DNA of 64,000 nucleotides from Clostridium thermobutyricum (GTDB lineage Bacteria; Bacillota; Clostridia; Ch29): NCBI GenBank assembly GCA_016841565.1, contig JAENYX010000003.1, positions 14,030 to 78,029 of the forward strand, read 5' to 3'. Shown piece by piece: positions 48,459 to 57,100 of this stretch (position 1 is its first letter; each line of letters starts with the position of its first letter). The notes under the pieces were generated by a model. It saw only the letters and a program-made list of their open reading frames with translations, ran no database searches and was not told where the DNA came from. The position numbers and the translations under genes were made by a program.

Positions 48459-50612
48459 GTGGATTTTAAAACCCAGGACCACTTAATTAAAACGGAGGGT
48501 TCGCCTGATTCCGGTTGCTTGCCAAAAACGCCGGTTTGGAATATTATATTAATAACATTAAAGTGTAAAAGTGGTGATGATACCATTTACAACAAAACAC
48601 TTTTTATTATTCTGACAGTAATTCTATTCACTATCTTCCCATTCACTCAAAAACCCGGCACTTATGCATCGGGAACCAGCCTGCCGCAGGTGTTGAATGT
48701 GGGTGTAGACCCCAGCCTGCCTCCTTTCCAGTTTTTGGACAACGGAGAGCTGACCGGGCTTAATATTGATGTTTTAAATTCCATTGCGCTGGTTAACGAC
48801 ATTCGGATCAACTACATACCTATGAATAAGGATATCAGTATTGACAAGCTTTTAAGCGGAGAGGTAGACATGATACTGGGCATCAGATACGATGCTGCTT
48901 TAGCCGGGCATATAGATTATACCGAGAGCATAGTGCAGTCGGTGGTATGTATGCTTGCCAAATCGGAAATTCACAAGGAGATCCAGGCCAATCTGAACAG
49001 CGCTCCCTATCTGGCCAGCGTTGAGAACAACTCGGCAGAGCTCAGCTTCCTTTACAATCTCAGGAGGGTGAGCTATAACGTTGCCTTCAGCCAGGAGGAT
49101 GCCTTTGAACTGCTGCTGATCGACAGGGCGGACTTTCTGCTGGGGGTTAAGGATACGGCCGAATACCTGCTGAACAAGCATAACCTGTCCAGGGAATACA
49201 CCATGATAGACAGCTATGTCACCCCGGTGGAATTCCTGATAGCGGTAAGGCCCGAGAATACAAGGCTGATGAACACGATAAACTATGGGCTTAGCAGGCT
49301 GAAGCTGAGCGGCGAATACGAAAAGCTCTATTACAAATGGGTGGAAAACGGCGAGGCAAATATGGTAAGGCGTCTGGAGCGGGTTATAAGGCTGAGCCTT
49401 ATGGGCGCTTCAGTAATAGGCGTTGTTATTCTTATAGTTGCCGCATGGAATATCAAGCTCAAGGAGCAGGTAAATCTAAAGACAAAAGAGCTTTCCAAAA
49501 CCAACTCCGACCTGGAAGCACAAATCATAGAGACCAGAAACAACATCGAGCTCAAAAACCTTATTTGTGAAAGCAGCCCCAGGGGTATTGCCATATTCGA
49601 CCTGGACGGCGTCATATCGGTGTTCAATAACTCCGCCCTTGGTATAGCATCACTGACAGAGCCTCCTATAGACAAATCGATATATGATATTGAGCCCATA
49701 AGCCTGATGGTCAGGGGTACAATTGATGAAGTGTTGAAGAACAATGCCGCATACACCTGTGATGAGTTTAAGTACAGTAAAGCGGACAATGAATTCATAT
49801 ACAGATATATAATGTACCCTCTTCATGATTATGCAGAAAAACTAAGAGGTATCATAATAACCATTGAAGACATAACCGAAGAAAAAAGAATTAAGACCCA
49901 GATGATTGAAAGGGATAAAAACAGAGCGCTGACACAGATTATAGCCGGGATTTCCCATGAGATAAGAAATCCCCTGACCACAATCAAAGCCTTCATAGAG
50001 CTTATACCGGGCAAAATAGGCAATAAAAAATTCCGGGAAGAGCTGGCAGTGGTGGTGCCGGATGAGATAAAAAGGGTGGACAACCTTATAGAGAGCTTAA
50101 TAGACTATTCAAAGCCCAGGAGTCGGAACAAGACCACCGTTGATGTGCAGGAGATGGTAGCTTCATGCGCAGCCTTGTTTAAGCCGGTGCTGGAACAAAA
50201 CAATATTGATATTTGCATGGACATTGCTGCAAATCTCAGAATATACTGCGATAAAAGCCAGATAAAGCAGGCCCTTATTAACTTTCTTCTTAATTCTATA
50301 GATGCGGTTATGGAGAAAAAGGAGAGGTGTAAGGATGGAAGTTATAAAGGCAGGATTGATATTGAGGGCTATACCGGCGGTGGTCATGAGGTTCTGACAA
50401 TCAGGGACAACGGAATTGGGATGGATGAGTCTGAGCTTGAAAAATCCTATGATATGTTTTACACCACAAAGGCAAAGGGAACCGGCCTTGGCATCCCGCT
50501 ATCGCTGCAGATGCTCAATATGAATAACTGTGAGGTGTCCATTAAGAGCCGCAAGAACATGTTTACCGTTATTACCCTGAGGTTTCCAGGACAGCGGGTT
50601 CAAGTAAGCTGA
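48459..50612 (+). CDS. sensor histidine kinase with a periplasmic solute-binding (PBPb / SBP_bac_3-like) domain, TM, PAS, HisKA and HATPase_c domains
   Basis: Periplasmic domain LNVGVDPSLPPFQF...; HisKA H-box ISHEIRNPLTT; G-boxes near the C-terminus. The start is uncertain (GTG 48459 lies inside the junction repeat; the native start may be internal). Confidence 0.8.
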   Translation: MDFKTQDHLIKTEGSPDSGCLPKTPVWNIILITLKCKSGDDTIYNKTLFIILTVILFTIFPFTQKPGTYASGTSLPQVLNVGVDPSLPPFQFLDNGELTGLNIDVLNSIALVNDIRINYIPMNKDISIDKLLSGEVDMILGIRYDAALAGHIDYTESIVQSVVCMLAKSEIHKEIQANLNSAPYLASVENNSAELSFLYNLRRVSYNVAFSQEDAFELLLIDRADFLLGVKDTAEYLLNKHNLSREYTMIDSYVTPVEFLIAVRPENTRLMNTINYGLSRLKLSGEYEKLYYKWVENGEANMVRRLERVIRLSLMGASVIGVVILIVAAWNIKLKEQVNLKTKELSKTNSDLEAQIIETRNNIELKNLICESSPRGIAIFDLDGVISVFNNSALGIASLTEPPIDKSIYDIEPISLMVRGTIDEVLKNNAAYTCDEFKYSKADNEFIYRYIMYPLHDYAEKLRGIIITIEDITEEKRIKTQMIERDKNRALTQIIAGISHEIRNPLTTIKAFIELIPGKIGNKKFREELAVVVPDEIKRVDNLIESLIDYSKPRSRNKTTVDVQEMVASCAALFKPVLEQNNIDICMDIAANLRIYCDKSQIKQALINFLLNSIDAVMEKKERCKDGSYKGRIDIEGYTGGGHEVLTIRDNGIGMDESELEKSYDMFYTTKAKGTGLGIPLSLQMLNMNNCEVSIKSRKNMFTVITLRFPGQRVQVS
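48461..48499 (+). repeat. cassette-junction repeat, copy 2 (frameshifted toxin tip plus RBS) fused onto the 5' end of the histidine-kinase ORF
   Basis: GGATTTTAAAACCCAGGACCACTTAATTAAAACGGAGGG. It translates as DFKTQDHLIKTEG, compared with GFKNPRPLN* in copy 1. Confidence 0.8.
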
Positions 50613-50645
50613 ACATTTTCGACAGGGAAAGGGGAGGTTGATGGT

Positions 50646-51998
50646 ATGAAAAAAGCCATATTGATACTGGACGATGAGAAGAATATATGCTCATCCCTTA
50701 CCTATGCACTTGAGGACCAGTATACCGTTTTTTCCGCAACCGGTCCGGCCGACGGCCTGGAGATTTTAGGAAGAAAAAGCATAAACCTTGTACTGCTGGA
50801 TTTAAGGATAGGAAAGGTTAGCGGGCTGGATGTGCTGAAGAAAATAAAGGAAATTGACAAAAACATTGTGGTTATAATTATGACGGCCTTCGGCACTATA
50901 GAATCCACAGTTGAAGCCATAAAAAACGGCGCCTTTACGTACCTCACCAAGCCTTTAAATATTGATGAACTGCTGGTAACCATAGCAAAGGGGCTGGAGT
51001 ACCAGTCCCTTAACGAAAAGGTGGAGCATCTGAACAATGAGCTTAAGGAGAAGTATTCGTATAAGGGCATTATAGGAAAGAGTCCTGCAATGCAGAATAT
51101 ATTTCAGCTGATAGACCGGCTTAAAGATGTTGACACCAATGTGCTTATAACCGGGGAGAGCGGTACCGGGAAGGAGCTGGTGGCAAGGGCAATTCACTAC
51201 AGCGGATTGAGAAGCAAGGAGAATTTCGTGGCCATAAACTGTGCCGCCATCCCCGACGGGCTTCTTGAAAGTGAGCTCTTTGGTCACAGGAGAGGAGCAT
51301 TTACCGGTGCCGAAAGGGACAAGGCGGGCAAGCTTGAGTTTGCTGATAAAGGGACCGTCCTGCTGGACGAGATAGGGGACATGAGTCTTAACCTCCAATC
51401 CAAACTGCTGAGGGTACTGGAGCAGAGGGAGTATACTCCATTGGGCAGCAACCAGGTCTTCCGGATAAACGCCAGAGTCATTGCATCCACCAATAAGAAT
51501 CTGAGAAAGTTGATGGATGAGAAAAAATTTAGGGAGGATCTGTATTTCCGGCTGAATGTAGTCGAGATAGATATTCCCCCCCTGAGAGACAGGCGGCAGG
51601 ATTTGCCTCTTCTATTCGCCCATTTCATAAAGATATATAACGACAAACTGGGAAAACAGGTAAAAGGATCGGCCCCCCGGGTGGAGGAGCTGCTGCTTCG
51701 CTATTCGTATCCCGGAAATGTAAGAGAACTGGCAAACATAATAGAGCACGGAGTACTGCTGGCCAGGGACCGTTACATAGCATTGGACACCCTTCCGGAA
51801 AAGGTAAGGTCCAATTCAGCCCAAAGCGGTTCCGGGAGAGAAGTGGATTCTCTGATGGGTTTAAGCCTTAGGGAAATAGAGCGGCTTATGATCGGCAGGT
51901 ATCTGGAGCACAACAATGGCAGCAGAAAGGCTACGGCTCGGATGCTGGGCATAAGTGAGAGGGGCTTGAGGAATAAAATAAAGGAATACGGGCTTTAG
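50646..51998 (+). CDS. sigma-54-dependent response regulator (NtrC family: REC, AAA+ and HTH domains)
   Basis: REC with a phospho-acceptor Asp (LLDLRIG), an AAA+ domain with GESGTGKE and ESELFGHRRGAFTGA, and an HTH. Confidence 0.9.
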   Translation: MKKAILILDDEKNICSSLTYALEDQYTVFSATGPADGLEILGRKSINLVLLDLRIGKVSGLDVLKKIKEIDKNIVVIIMTAFGTIESTVEAIKNGAFTYLTKPLNIDELLVTIAKGLEYQSLNEKVEHLNNELKEKYSYKGIIGKSPAMQNIFQLIDRLKDVDTNVLITGESGTGKELVARAIHYSGLRSKENFVAINCAAIPDGLLESELFGHRRGAFTGAERDKAGKLEFADKGTVLLDEIGDMSLNLQSKLLRVLEQREYTPLGSNQVFRINARVIASTNKNLRKLMDEKKFREDLYFRLNVVEIDIPPLRDRRQDLPLLFAHFIKIYNDKLGKQVKGSAPRVEELLLRYSYPGNVRELANIIEHGVLLARDRYIALDTLPEKVRSNSAQSGSGREVDSLMGLSLREIERLMIGRYLEHNNGSRKATARMLGISERGLRNKIKEYGL

Positions 51999-52034
51999 GA
52001 GGAAAAAATTGCCGGACCGGCAGATATTTCCTCC
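51998..52034 (+). promoter_or_regulatory. nested inverted repeats GGAGGAAA...TGCCGG-A-CCGGCA...TTTCCTCC after the response regulator; candidate terminator and/or NtrC-type UAS
   Basis: The TGCCGGACCGGCA palindrome at 52010-52022 is centred ~82 bp upstream of the -24 element. Confidence 0.4.
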
Positions 52035-52096
52035 TTCCGGCTTTATATACTGCACGGTTATGCTTGTATATACCTGCTTACGGCTGTATTAAGGCT

Positions 52097-52111
52097 TGGC
52101 ACATTAATTGC
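52097..52111 (+). promoter_or_regulatory. sigma-54 promoter TGGCAC-N5-TTGCG
   Basis: Perfect -24 hexamer and a -12 GC at canonical spacing, 40 nt upstream of the TAXI gene start. Confidence 0.75.
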
Positions 52112-52151
52112 GTTATATATTTCAAAATTATTTGAAATGGAGGCAGTAAGC

Positions 52152-53162
52152 ATGAAAAAGAGTTTTGTTTTACTTTTAGCCTTGCTTATGGTGCTGTCAT
52201 TGGGTCTGACATCGTGCATCAGCCCTGCGTCGCAGGAGGAAAGTCCCGCAGCCGGAGGGGGAGACCAAATCAACAAGGATGACTATTTCATTACAGTGGC
52301 AACCGGTCCTACCAGCGGTTTATACTTCCCCATAGGCGGAGCCTTTTCAAGTGTAATCAAGAACAGCATGGGTTACAAATCCTCGGCCCAGTCGACCGGT
52401 GCATCGGTTGAGAACATCAACCTCATTATGGAAGGCAAGGCCGATATGGCAATAACCATGGCCGACGCTATCGCCCAGGCCTATGGAGGTACCGGCGCCT
52501 TTGAAGGCAAAGGGCCCAAGGAAAACCTGAGAGCCATGATGGGCTTGTATCCCAACTATGTACAGATAGTCACCACCGACAAGTCGGGCATAACCAAGTT
52601 TGAAGACCTGAAGGGAAAGAGGGTTGGTATTGGAGCTCCCAATTCGGGGGTTGAGCTGAATGCCAGGATGATGTATGAAGCCCACGGCATGACCTATGAG
52701 GACAGCAGAGTTGACTATCTGAACTACGGCGAAGCAATAGACCAGATGAAAAACGGTCTGATAGATGCCGCATTTGTAACCAGCGGTATTCCGAATGCCA
52801 CGGTTATGGAGCTGGGAACCACCAATAAGATTGTTATTGTGCCGGTAGAAGGTGAAGGTGCAGAAGCGTTGATTGAAAAGTACCCGTTCTTCGTGAAGGA
52901 GATCATCCCCAAAGAGACATATAATACCGATGCCGATACAAATACAGTAACGGTGAGGAATATAATGATAGTCAGGGATGAGCTGCCCGAAGACGTGGTA
53001 TATGACCTTACAAAGGGGATATTTGAAAACATTGGCGATATAAAGGCATCGCACAATACCGCCGACAAGCACATATCCCTGGAGAATTCGCAGATTGGTG
53101 TCAGCATTCCATTCCATCCCGGTGCTGAAAAATTCTACAAGGAAAAGGGCATCATCAAGTAG
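52152..53162 (+). CDS. TAXI-family TRAP transporter solute-binding lipoprotein (copy 3)
   Basis: Lipobox LTSCIS. ATG 52152 follows GGAGG at 8-nt spacing. Confidence 0.8.
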   Translation: MKKSFVLLLALLMVLSLGLTSCISPASQEESPAAGGGDQINKDDYFITVATGPTSGLYFPIGGAFSSVIKNSMGYKSSAQSTGASVENINLIMEGKADMAITMADAIAQAYGGTGAFEGKGPKENLRAMMGLYPNYVQIVTTDKSGITKFEDLKGKRVGIGAPNSGVELNARMMYEAHGMTYEDSRVDYLNYGEAIDQMKNGLIDAAFVTSGIPNATVMELGTTNKIVIVPVEGEGAEALIEKYPFFVKEIIPKETYNTDADTNTVTVRNIMIVRDELPEDVVYDLTKGIFENIGDIKASHNTADKHISLENSQIGVSIPFHPGAEKFYKEKGIIK

Positions 53163-53702
53163 ATGAATGGCATAAATATAGAGGAGAAGGGGCAGCCGGC
53201 TGCTTCTTCTCCGGTCCTGCTGCCGGCACTGCTTATATTATGCGTATTACTCTTAGTAATTGGTTTTTTTATCATTTCTCAAATGGGTACCGAAAGGGTT
53301 CTTATAATAACAGACCAGAATACCAACCGGGAGTATTTTTCAATTCCCGTTTCGGTTTCCGATGTGCTTACCTACGGATGGATTCATTCCTTGGAGGGCA
53401 TACCCTGGACCGAGGAGTATGAAATTTTGGATAATAATAAACTTTTACTCAGGAAAATTACCATAACCGGATTTGGCGCCGGAATACCCCACAATAGAGG
53501 GAAAGTAACAAAAGTGGAGAACGGCATAATAATTATGGATGAAATAGATGAGGAATTTGAAGAAATCAGCTGGATTCATTCCCGGAGTGCTGCCGACTAT
53601 TTGATGTTGAACGGCCGGATAATATTGAATGGCAAGGATTTGCCCCATCATGTGCCATTAAGACTCAAGATAGAAAAGAGGTTGAAGATATGGCCGAGAT
53701 AA
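53163..53702 (+). CDS. DUF1850 domain protein (TAXI-TRAP-associated)
   Basis: 179 aa with an N-terminal TM. DUF1850 genes characteristically sit between TAXI SBP and permease genes. Confidence 0.55.
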   Translation: MNGINIEEKGQPAASSPVLLPALLILCVLLLVIGFFIISQMGTERVLIITDQNTNREYFSIPVSVSDVLTYGWIHSLEGIPWTEEYEILDNNKLLLRKITITGFGAGIPHNRGKVTKVENGIIIMDEIDEEFEEISWIHSRSAADYLMLNGRIILNGKDLPHHVPLRLKIEKRLKIWPR

Positions 53703-55642
53703 AGATAGAAAGCCAACTGGGTCAGGAACAGATTGACATTATAGAAAAGTTCGACAAGAATCAAAAGACCAGGTCCTTTGATAGTAAGATGCTGGTTGAA
53801 TTGGTGTACTGGGTGTGTATAACAATTTCTTTGTACCATTTTATTACCTCCTATGTGGGGGCGCCCGCAACGCTGAAGCACAGGTCTTTGCATGTCGGCA
53901 TGATGCTGTTTTTATCATTCATTTTATATCCTGTAAGCGATAAATCAAGCAGAAAAAAGCTGCCGGGTTATGATATGATGCTGGCGGTTTTATCCCTTTG
54001 CATCCCACTGTATGTCTGGGTCGACTACCCGAATATTATAGCCCGGGCCGGAATAATCAATACAATGGACCTCATCGTCGGGACGGTTTTGGTTGTACTG
54101 GTCATGGATGCATCCAGGAGGATATCGGGGTGGCCGCTGACAATACTGGCTTTGGTATTCGTATTCTACGGGCTGTTTGGCAAAAATATCCCGGGCATAT
54201 TCGCTCACAGGGGATACGACTGGAAATCACTGGTCAACCAGTTTTTCATAAGTACCGACGGCATATACGGTACGTCGGTGGGAGTGGCGGCCAGTTACAT
54301 ATTTCTGTTTATATTGTTCGGTGAGATTATGAACAAGTGCGGCATGGGACAGTTCTTTAACGATATAGCCCTTGCCCTGGCCGGCGGCTCCATGGGAGGC
54401 CCTGCCAAGGTGGCCGTTATAGCAAGCGGTTTTTTGGGAAGCATCAACGGATCGGCCATAGCCAATGTGGTTACCACCGGCACCTTTACCATACCCCTGA
54501 TGAAAAAGACGGGTTATTCCAGGGAATTCGCCGGCGCCGTTGAAGCCACCGCATCGGTGGGAGGGCAGATACTGCCTCCGGTTATGGGGGCGGCGGCATT
54601 TATTATGGCCGAGATGATTGGAATTAGTTACGGCAGGATTATCATATATGCCGCTATTCCTGCTATCTTGTACTATGTGGGTATAATAATCCAGGTTCAC
54701 TTAAGGGCATTAAAGAAAGACCTGCACGGCATACCAAAGGAGGAACTGCCCAAGCCCGGCCATATAATGAAGGATAAGGGGCATCTCCTGATTCCCATAG
54801 TATTTCTTCTGACAATGCTTTTATTTAGCGGAAGGACGGTTATATTCTCAGCCTTTCTGACAATAGTCGTTACCATCATGGTCAGTATGCTGAGGAAAAG
54901 TACCAGGATGAGTTTAAGAGATATACTGGATGCCTTTGCAGGGGGCGCAAGGGGTACCGTTTCGGTGGCCATGGCCTGTGCCATTGTAGGTATCATAATA
55001 GCAGTCACAAGCATTACCGGCTTTGGGCTTAACATGGCCAATGCCATAATTCTATTGGGTGGCACCAGTATAATTGCGACCCTTGTGCTTACCATGATGA
55101 CATGTATGATACTTGGGATGGGACTTCCCAGCATACCTGCCTACCTGATTACCGCAACCATTGCCGCACCGGCGCTGGTAAAGCTGGGCATTCCGGTTGT
55201 GGCAGCCCATCTGTTTGTATTCTATTTTGCCATGTTTGCCAACCTGACACCTCCGGTGGCACTGGCGGCCTTTGCCGCAGCCGGGGTATCGGGGGGGAAT
55301 CCAATGAAGACGGGCTTTGCGTCGGTCAAGCTGGCACTGGCCGGGTTTATCATTCCCTATATGTTCATGTTCAATAATGAGCTTCTGCTGCTTGATACAA
55401 ATCTGCCGTCGGCCTTCAGGGTTGCCGTAACGTCGGTGATTGGTGTTACCATGATTGGCATTGCGGTGGAAGGGTATTTCAGAAAGAATGTACCGGCCCC
55501 GTTGAGGGCAGCCTCCTTTGCCGGCGCACTGCTTTTGATTACCGCCAATGTTGTTCAGGATTTAATCGGGTTTGCCATTTTGGCGGTACTGTTGGTGCAG
55601 CAGTTTAGGGGCAGCAAGGACAAAGCCGTCACAGGCTTATAA
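53690..55642 (+). CDS. TRAP transporter fused permease (copy 3)
   Basis: 650 aa, paralog of the 11150 and 31432 genes. Confidence 0.85.
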   Translation: MAEIKIESQLGQEQIDIIEKFDKNQKTRSFDSKMLVELVYWVCITISLYHFITSYVGAPATLKHRSLHVGMMLFLSFILYPVSDKSSRKKLPGYDMMLAVLSLCIPLYVWVDYPNIIARAGIINTMDLIVGTVLVVLVMDASRRISGWPLTILALVFVFYGLFGKNIPGIFAHRGYDWKSLVNQFFISTDGIYGTSVGVAASYIFLFILFGEIMNKCGMGQFFNDIALALAGGSMGGPAKVAVIASGFLGSINGSAIANVVTTGTFTIPLMKKTGYSREFAGAVEATASVGGQILPPVMGAAAFIMAEMIGISYGRIIIYAAIPAILYYVGIIIQVHLRALKKDLHGIPKEELPKPGHIMKDKGHLLIPIVFLLTMLLFSGRTVIFSAFLTIVVTIMVSMLRKSTRMSLRDILDAFAGGARGTVSVAMACAIVGIIIAVTSITGFGLNMANAIILLGGTSIIATLVLTMMTCMILGMGLPSIPAYLITATIAAPALVKLGIPVVAAHLFVFYFAMFANLTPPVALAAFAAAGVSGGNPMKTGFASVKLALAGFIIPYMFMFNNELLLLDTNLPSAFRVAVTSVIGVTMIGIAVEGYFRKNVPAPLRAASFAGALLLITANVVQDLIGFAILAVLLVQQFRGSKDKAVTGL

Positions 55643-55667
55643 AGCTGTGTGGAAAACAATGCAGCGT

Positions 55668-55708
55668 CGGGCTCATGTCCATACGTTTAGTGGGTGGACA
55701 TGAGCCCG
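55668..55708. other. perfect 14-bp-stem hairpin (CGGGCTCATGTCCA-N13-TGGACATGAGCCCG) after the TRAP permease gene; no U-tract
   Basis: Read directly from the sequence. Confidence 0.5.
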
Positions 55709-55768
55709 GTAAAGGCTTGGAGAGGTTTCACTCTATGCCGTACTTGTCGGGTGCTGTTATAATAAGGA

Positions 55769-56506
55769 TTGTGGGGAATGTTTTTGAACGTAGAACGGAG
55801 GGAGATGCCGGTGGGACAGAACCATTCAAATGTATATGCTGCTGATATTGCCGACAAATACGGAGCCATGGTTTCATCCATTTGCCGCCGGATGATCAGT
55901 GATGAAGAGGATGCAAAGGATGCCGCCCAGGAAGCATGGACCGAAATACTAAAGGGGCTTCCAAAGTTCCGGGGCCATGCAAAAGTGTCCACATGGATAT
56001 ACACCGTCACCTATCATGCCGTTATGCGTTATTCCCGGAGGGAGAAAACCTATTCCACAAGGTTCCTGAGAAGCTACTTTCACGGGGAGCAGCGGGAAGT
56101 GCCCTGCCATATCGATTATGACAAAAATATCTGGATTAAGGAGATGTGCGACAAATGCCTGACGGGTATTTTGCACTGCCTTGAGAGCGAAGGCCGCATA
56201 GCCTACCTGTTCAGGGACATGGTACAACTCTCTTATGAAGAAATAGCGGAAATCCTGGGGAAGGATACTGCGACGGTGAGGAAGATTGTCTCACGCTGCA
56301 GAAGGAAGCTTAAGAACTTTTTAAACGATGAATGCATTTTATTTAATCCGGAAGGGAAATGTAAATGCCGGATGAAAAACCTTGTCACCCATATTGAGCT
56401 TGAGCAGGAATACATGAAACTAAGGAAGTTTATAAACAGAGTAAATCTGTACTTGGAGTCCCAAAGCGTACTGCCTCAGAAAAACTATTGGGAAAATTTA
56501 ATATAA
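55769..56506 (+). CDS. ECF-subfamily RNA polymerase sigma-70 factor with a ~65-aa Cys-containing C-terminal extension
   Basis: Region 2 (DAAQEAWTEILKGLPKF...) and region 4 HTH (LSYEEIAEILGKDTATVRKIVSRCRRKL) are followed by ...DECILFNPEGKCKCRMKNLVTH.... The start is probably GTG 55811 (GGAGGGAG RBS). An extended -10 TGTTATAAT lies at 55754-55762. Confidence 0.7.
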   Translation: MWGMFLNVERREMPVGQNHSNVYAADIADKYGAMVSSICRRMISDEEDAKDAAQEAWTEILKGLPKFRGHAKVSTWIYTVTYHAVMRYSRREKTYSTRFLRSYFHGEQREVPCHIDYDKNIWIKEMCDKCLTGILHCLESEGRIAYLFRDMVQLSYEEIAEILGKDTATVRKIVSRCRRKLKNFLNDECILFNPEGKCKCRMKNLVTHIELEQEYMKLRKFINRVNLYLESQSVLPQKNYWENLI

Positions 56507-56592
56507 AGATGTCACAGGCTCAGATTTATAGCCTCTAATATTGGTAGAAGGCCTAATAAAGGTCTAATATCAGTTGACGGGAGGTTTTTTAT

Positions 56593-57027
56593 ATGGATTT
56601 GGAAAAGAGGGTCAAAATACTGGAGACTGCCTATGCGGGCATACAGGCAGATGCGGTGCGCTGCTTTGATAAGCAGGGGGTGTTGGAAAGGGTGACCGAG
56701 CAGAAGAGAAAAGAGCAACTGGCCCTTGGCAAGCAGCAGGCCGAAAGGTTTGGCATACAGAAAGCCGAGGATGTGTTTACAAGGCTGCCCGAAATCTTTA
56801 ATTGTGCCACATGGGAAATCAAAAGGGAAGAAGTCGGTTTTACAGCTCAGTCTAAGGCATGCAAGCTCTGTGCTATGGCTAAACAAATGAGTAAAGCCAG
56901 TCCATGCCGTATCTATTGTCTCAATCCCATGGAGGGTATGGTCAAGGGAATAAACCAAAACAGCACATTTGAGGTTAAGGAAACGCTTTGGGACGGGCAA
57001 AAGTGCAGCATTGAGGTAAGGGAATAG
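56593..57027 (+). CDS. small Cys-rich protein, possibly an ATC-hydrolase-like (PF14196-type) family member
   Basis: 144 aa with the spaced-Cys pattern C-x2-W ... CKLC ... CRIYC ... C. The family assignment rests on memory of that pattern only. Confidence 0.3.
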   Translation: MDLEKRVKILETAYAGIQADAVRCFDKQGVLERVTEQKRKEQLALGKQQAERFGIQKAEDVFTRLPEIFNCATWEIKREEVGFTAQSKACKLCAMAKQMSKASPCRIYCLNPMEGMVKGINQNSTFEVKETLWDGQKCSIEVRE

Positions 57028-57086
57028 CCGATAGATTAGCAGGGGGGTATGTGCCAACGGCACATACCCCCCTGCTAATCTATCGG
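57028..57086. repeat. 59-bp perfect palindrome (28-bp arms, 3-nt loop) between convergent genes
   Basis: CCGATAGATTAGCAGGGGGGTATGTGCC-aac-GGCACATACCCCCCTGCTAATCTATCGG, verified base by base. It starts at the stop codon of the upstream gene. Confidence 0.9.
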
Positions 57087-57100
57087 GATGTATCCTGGTC

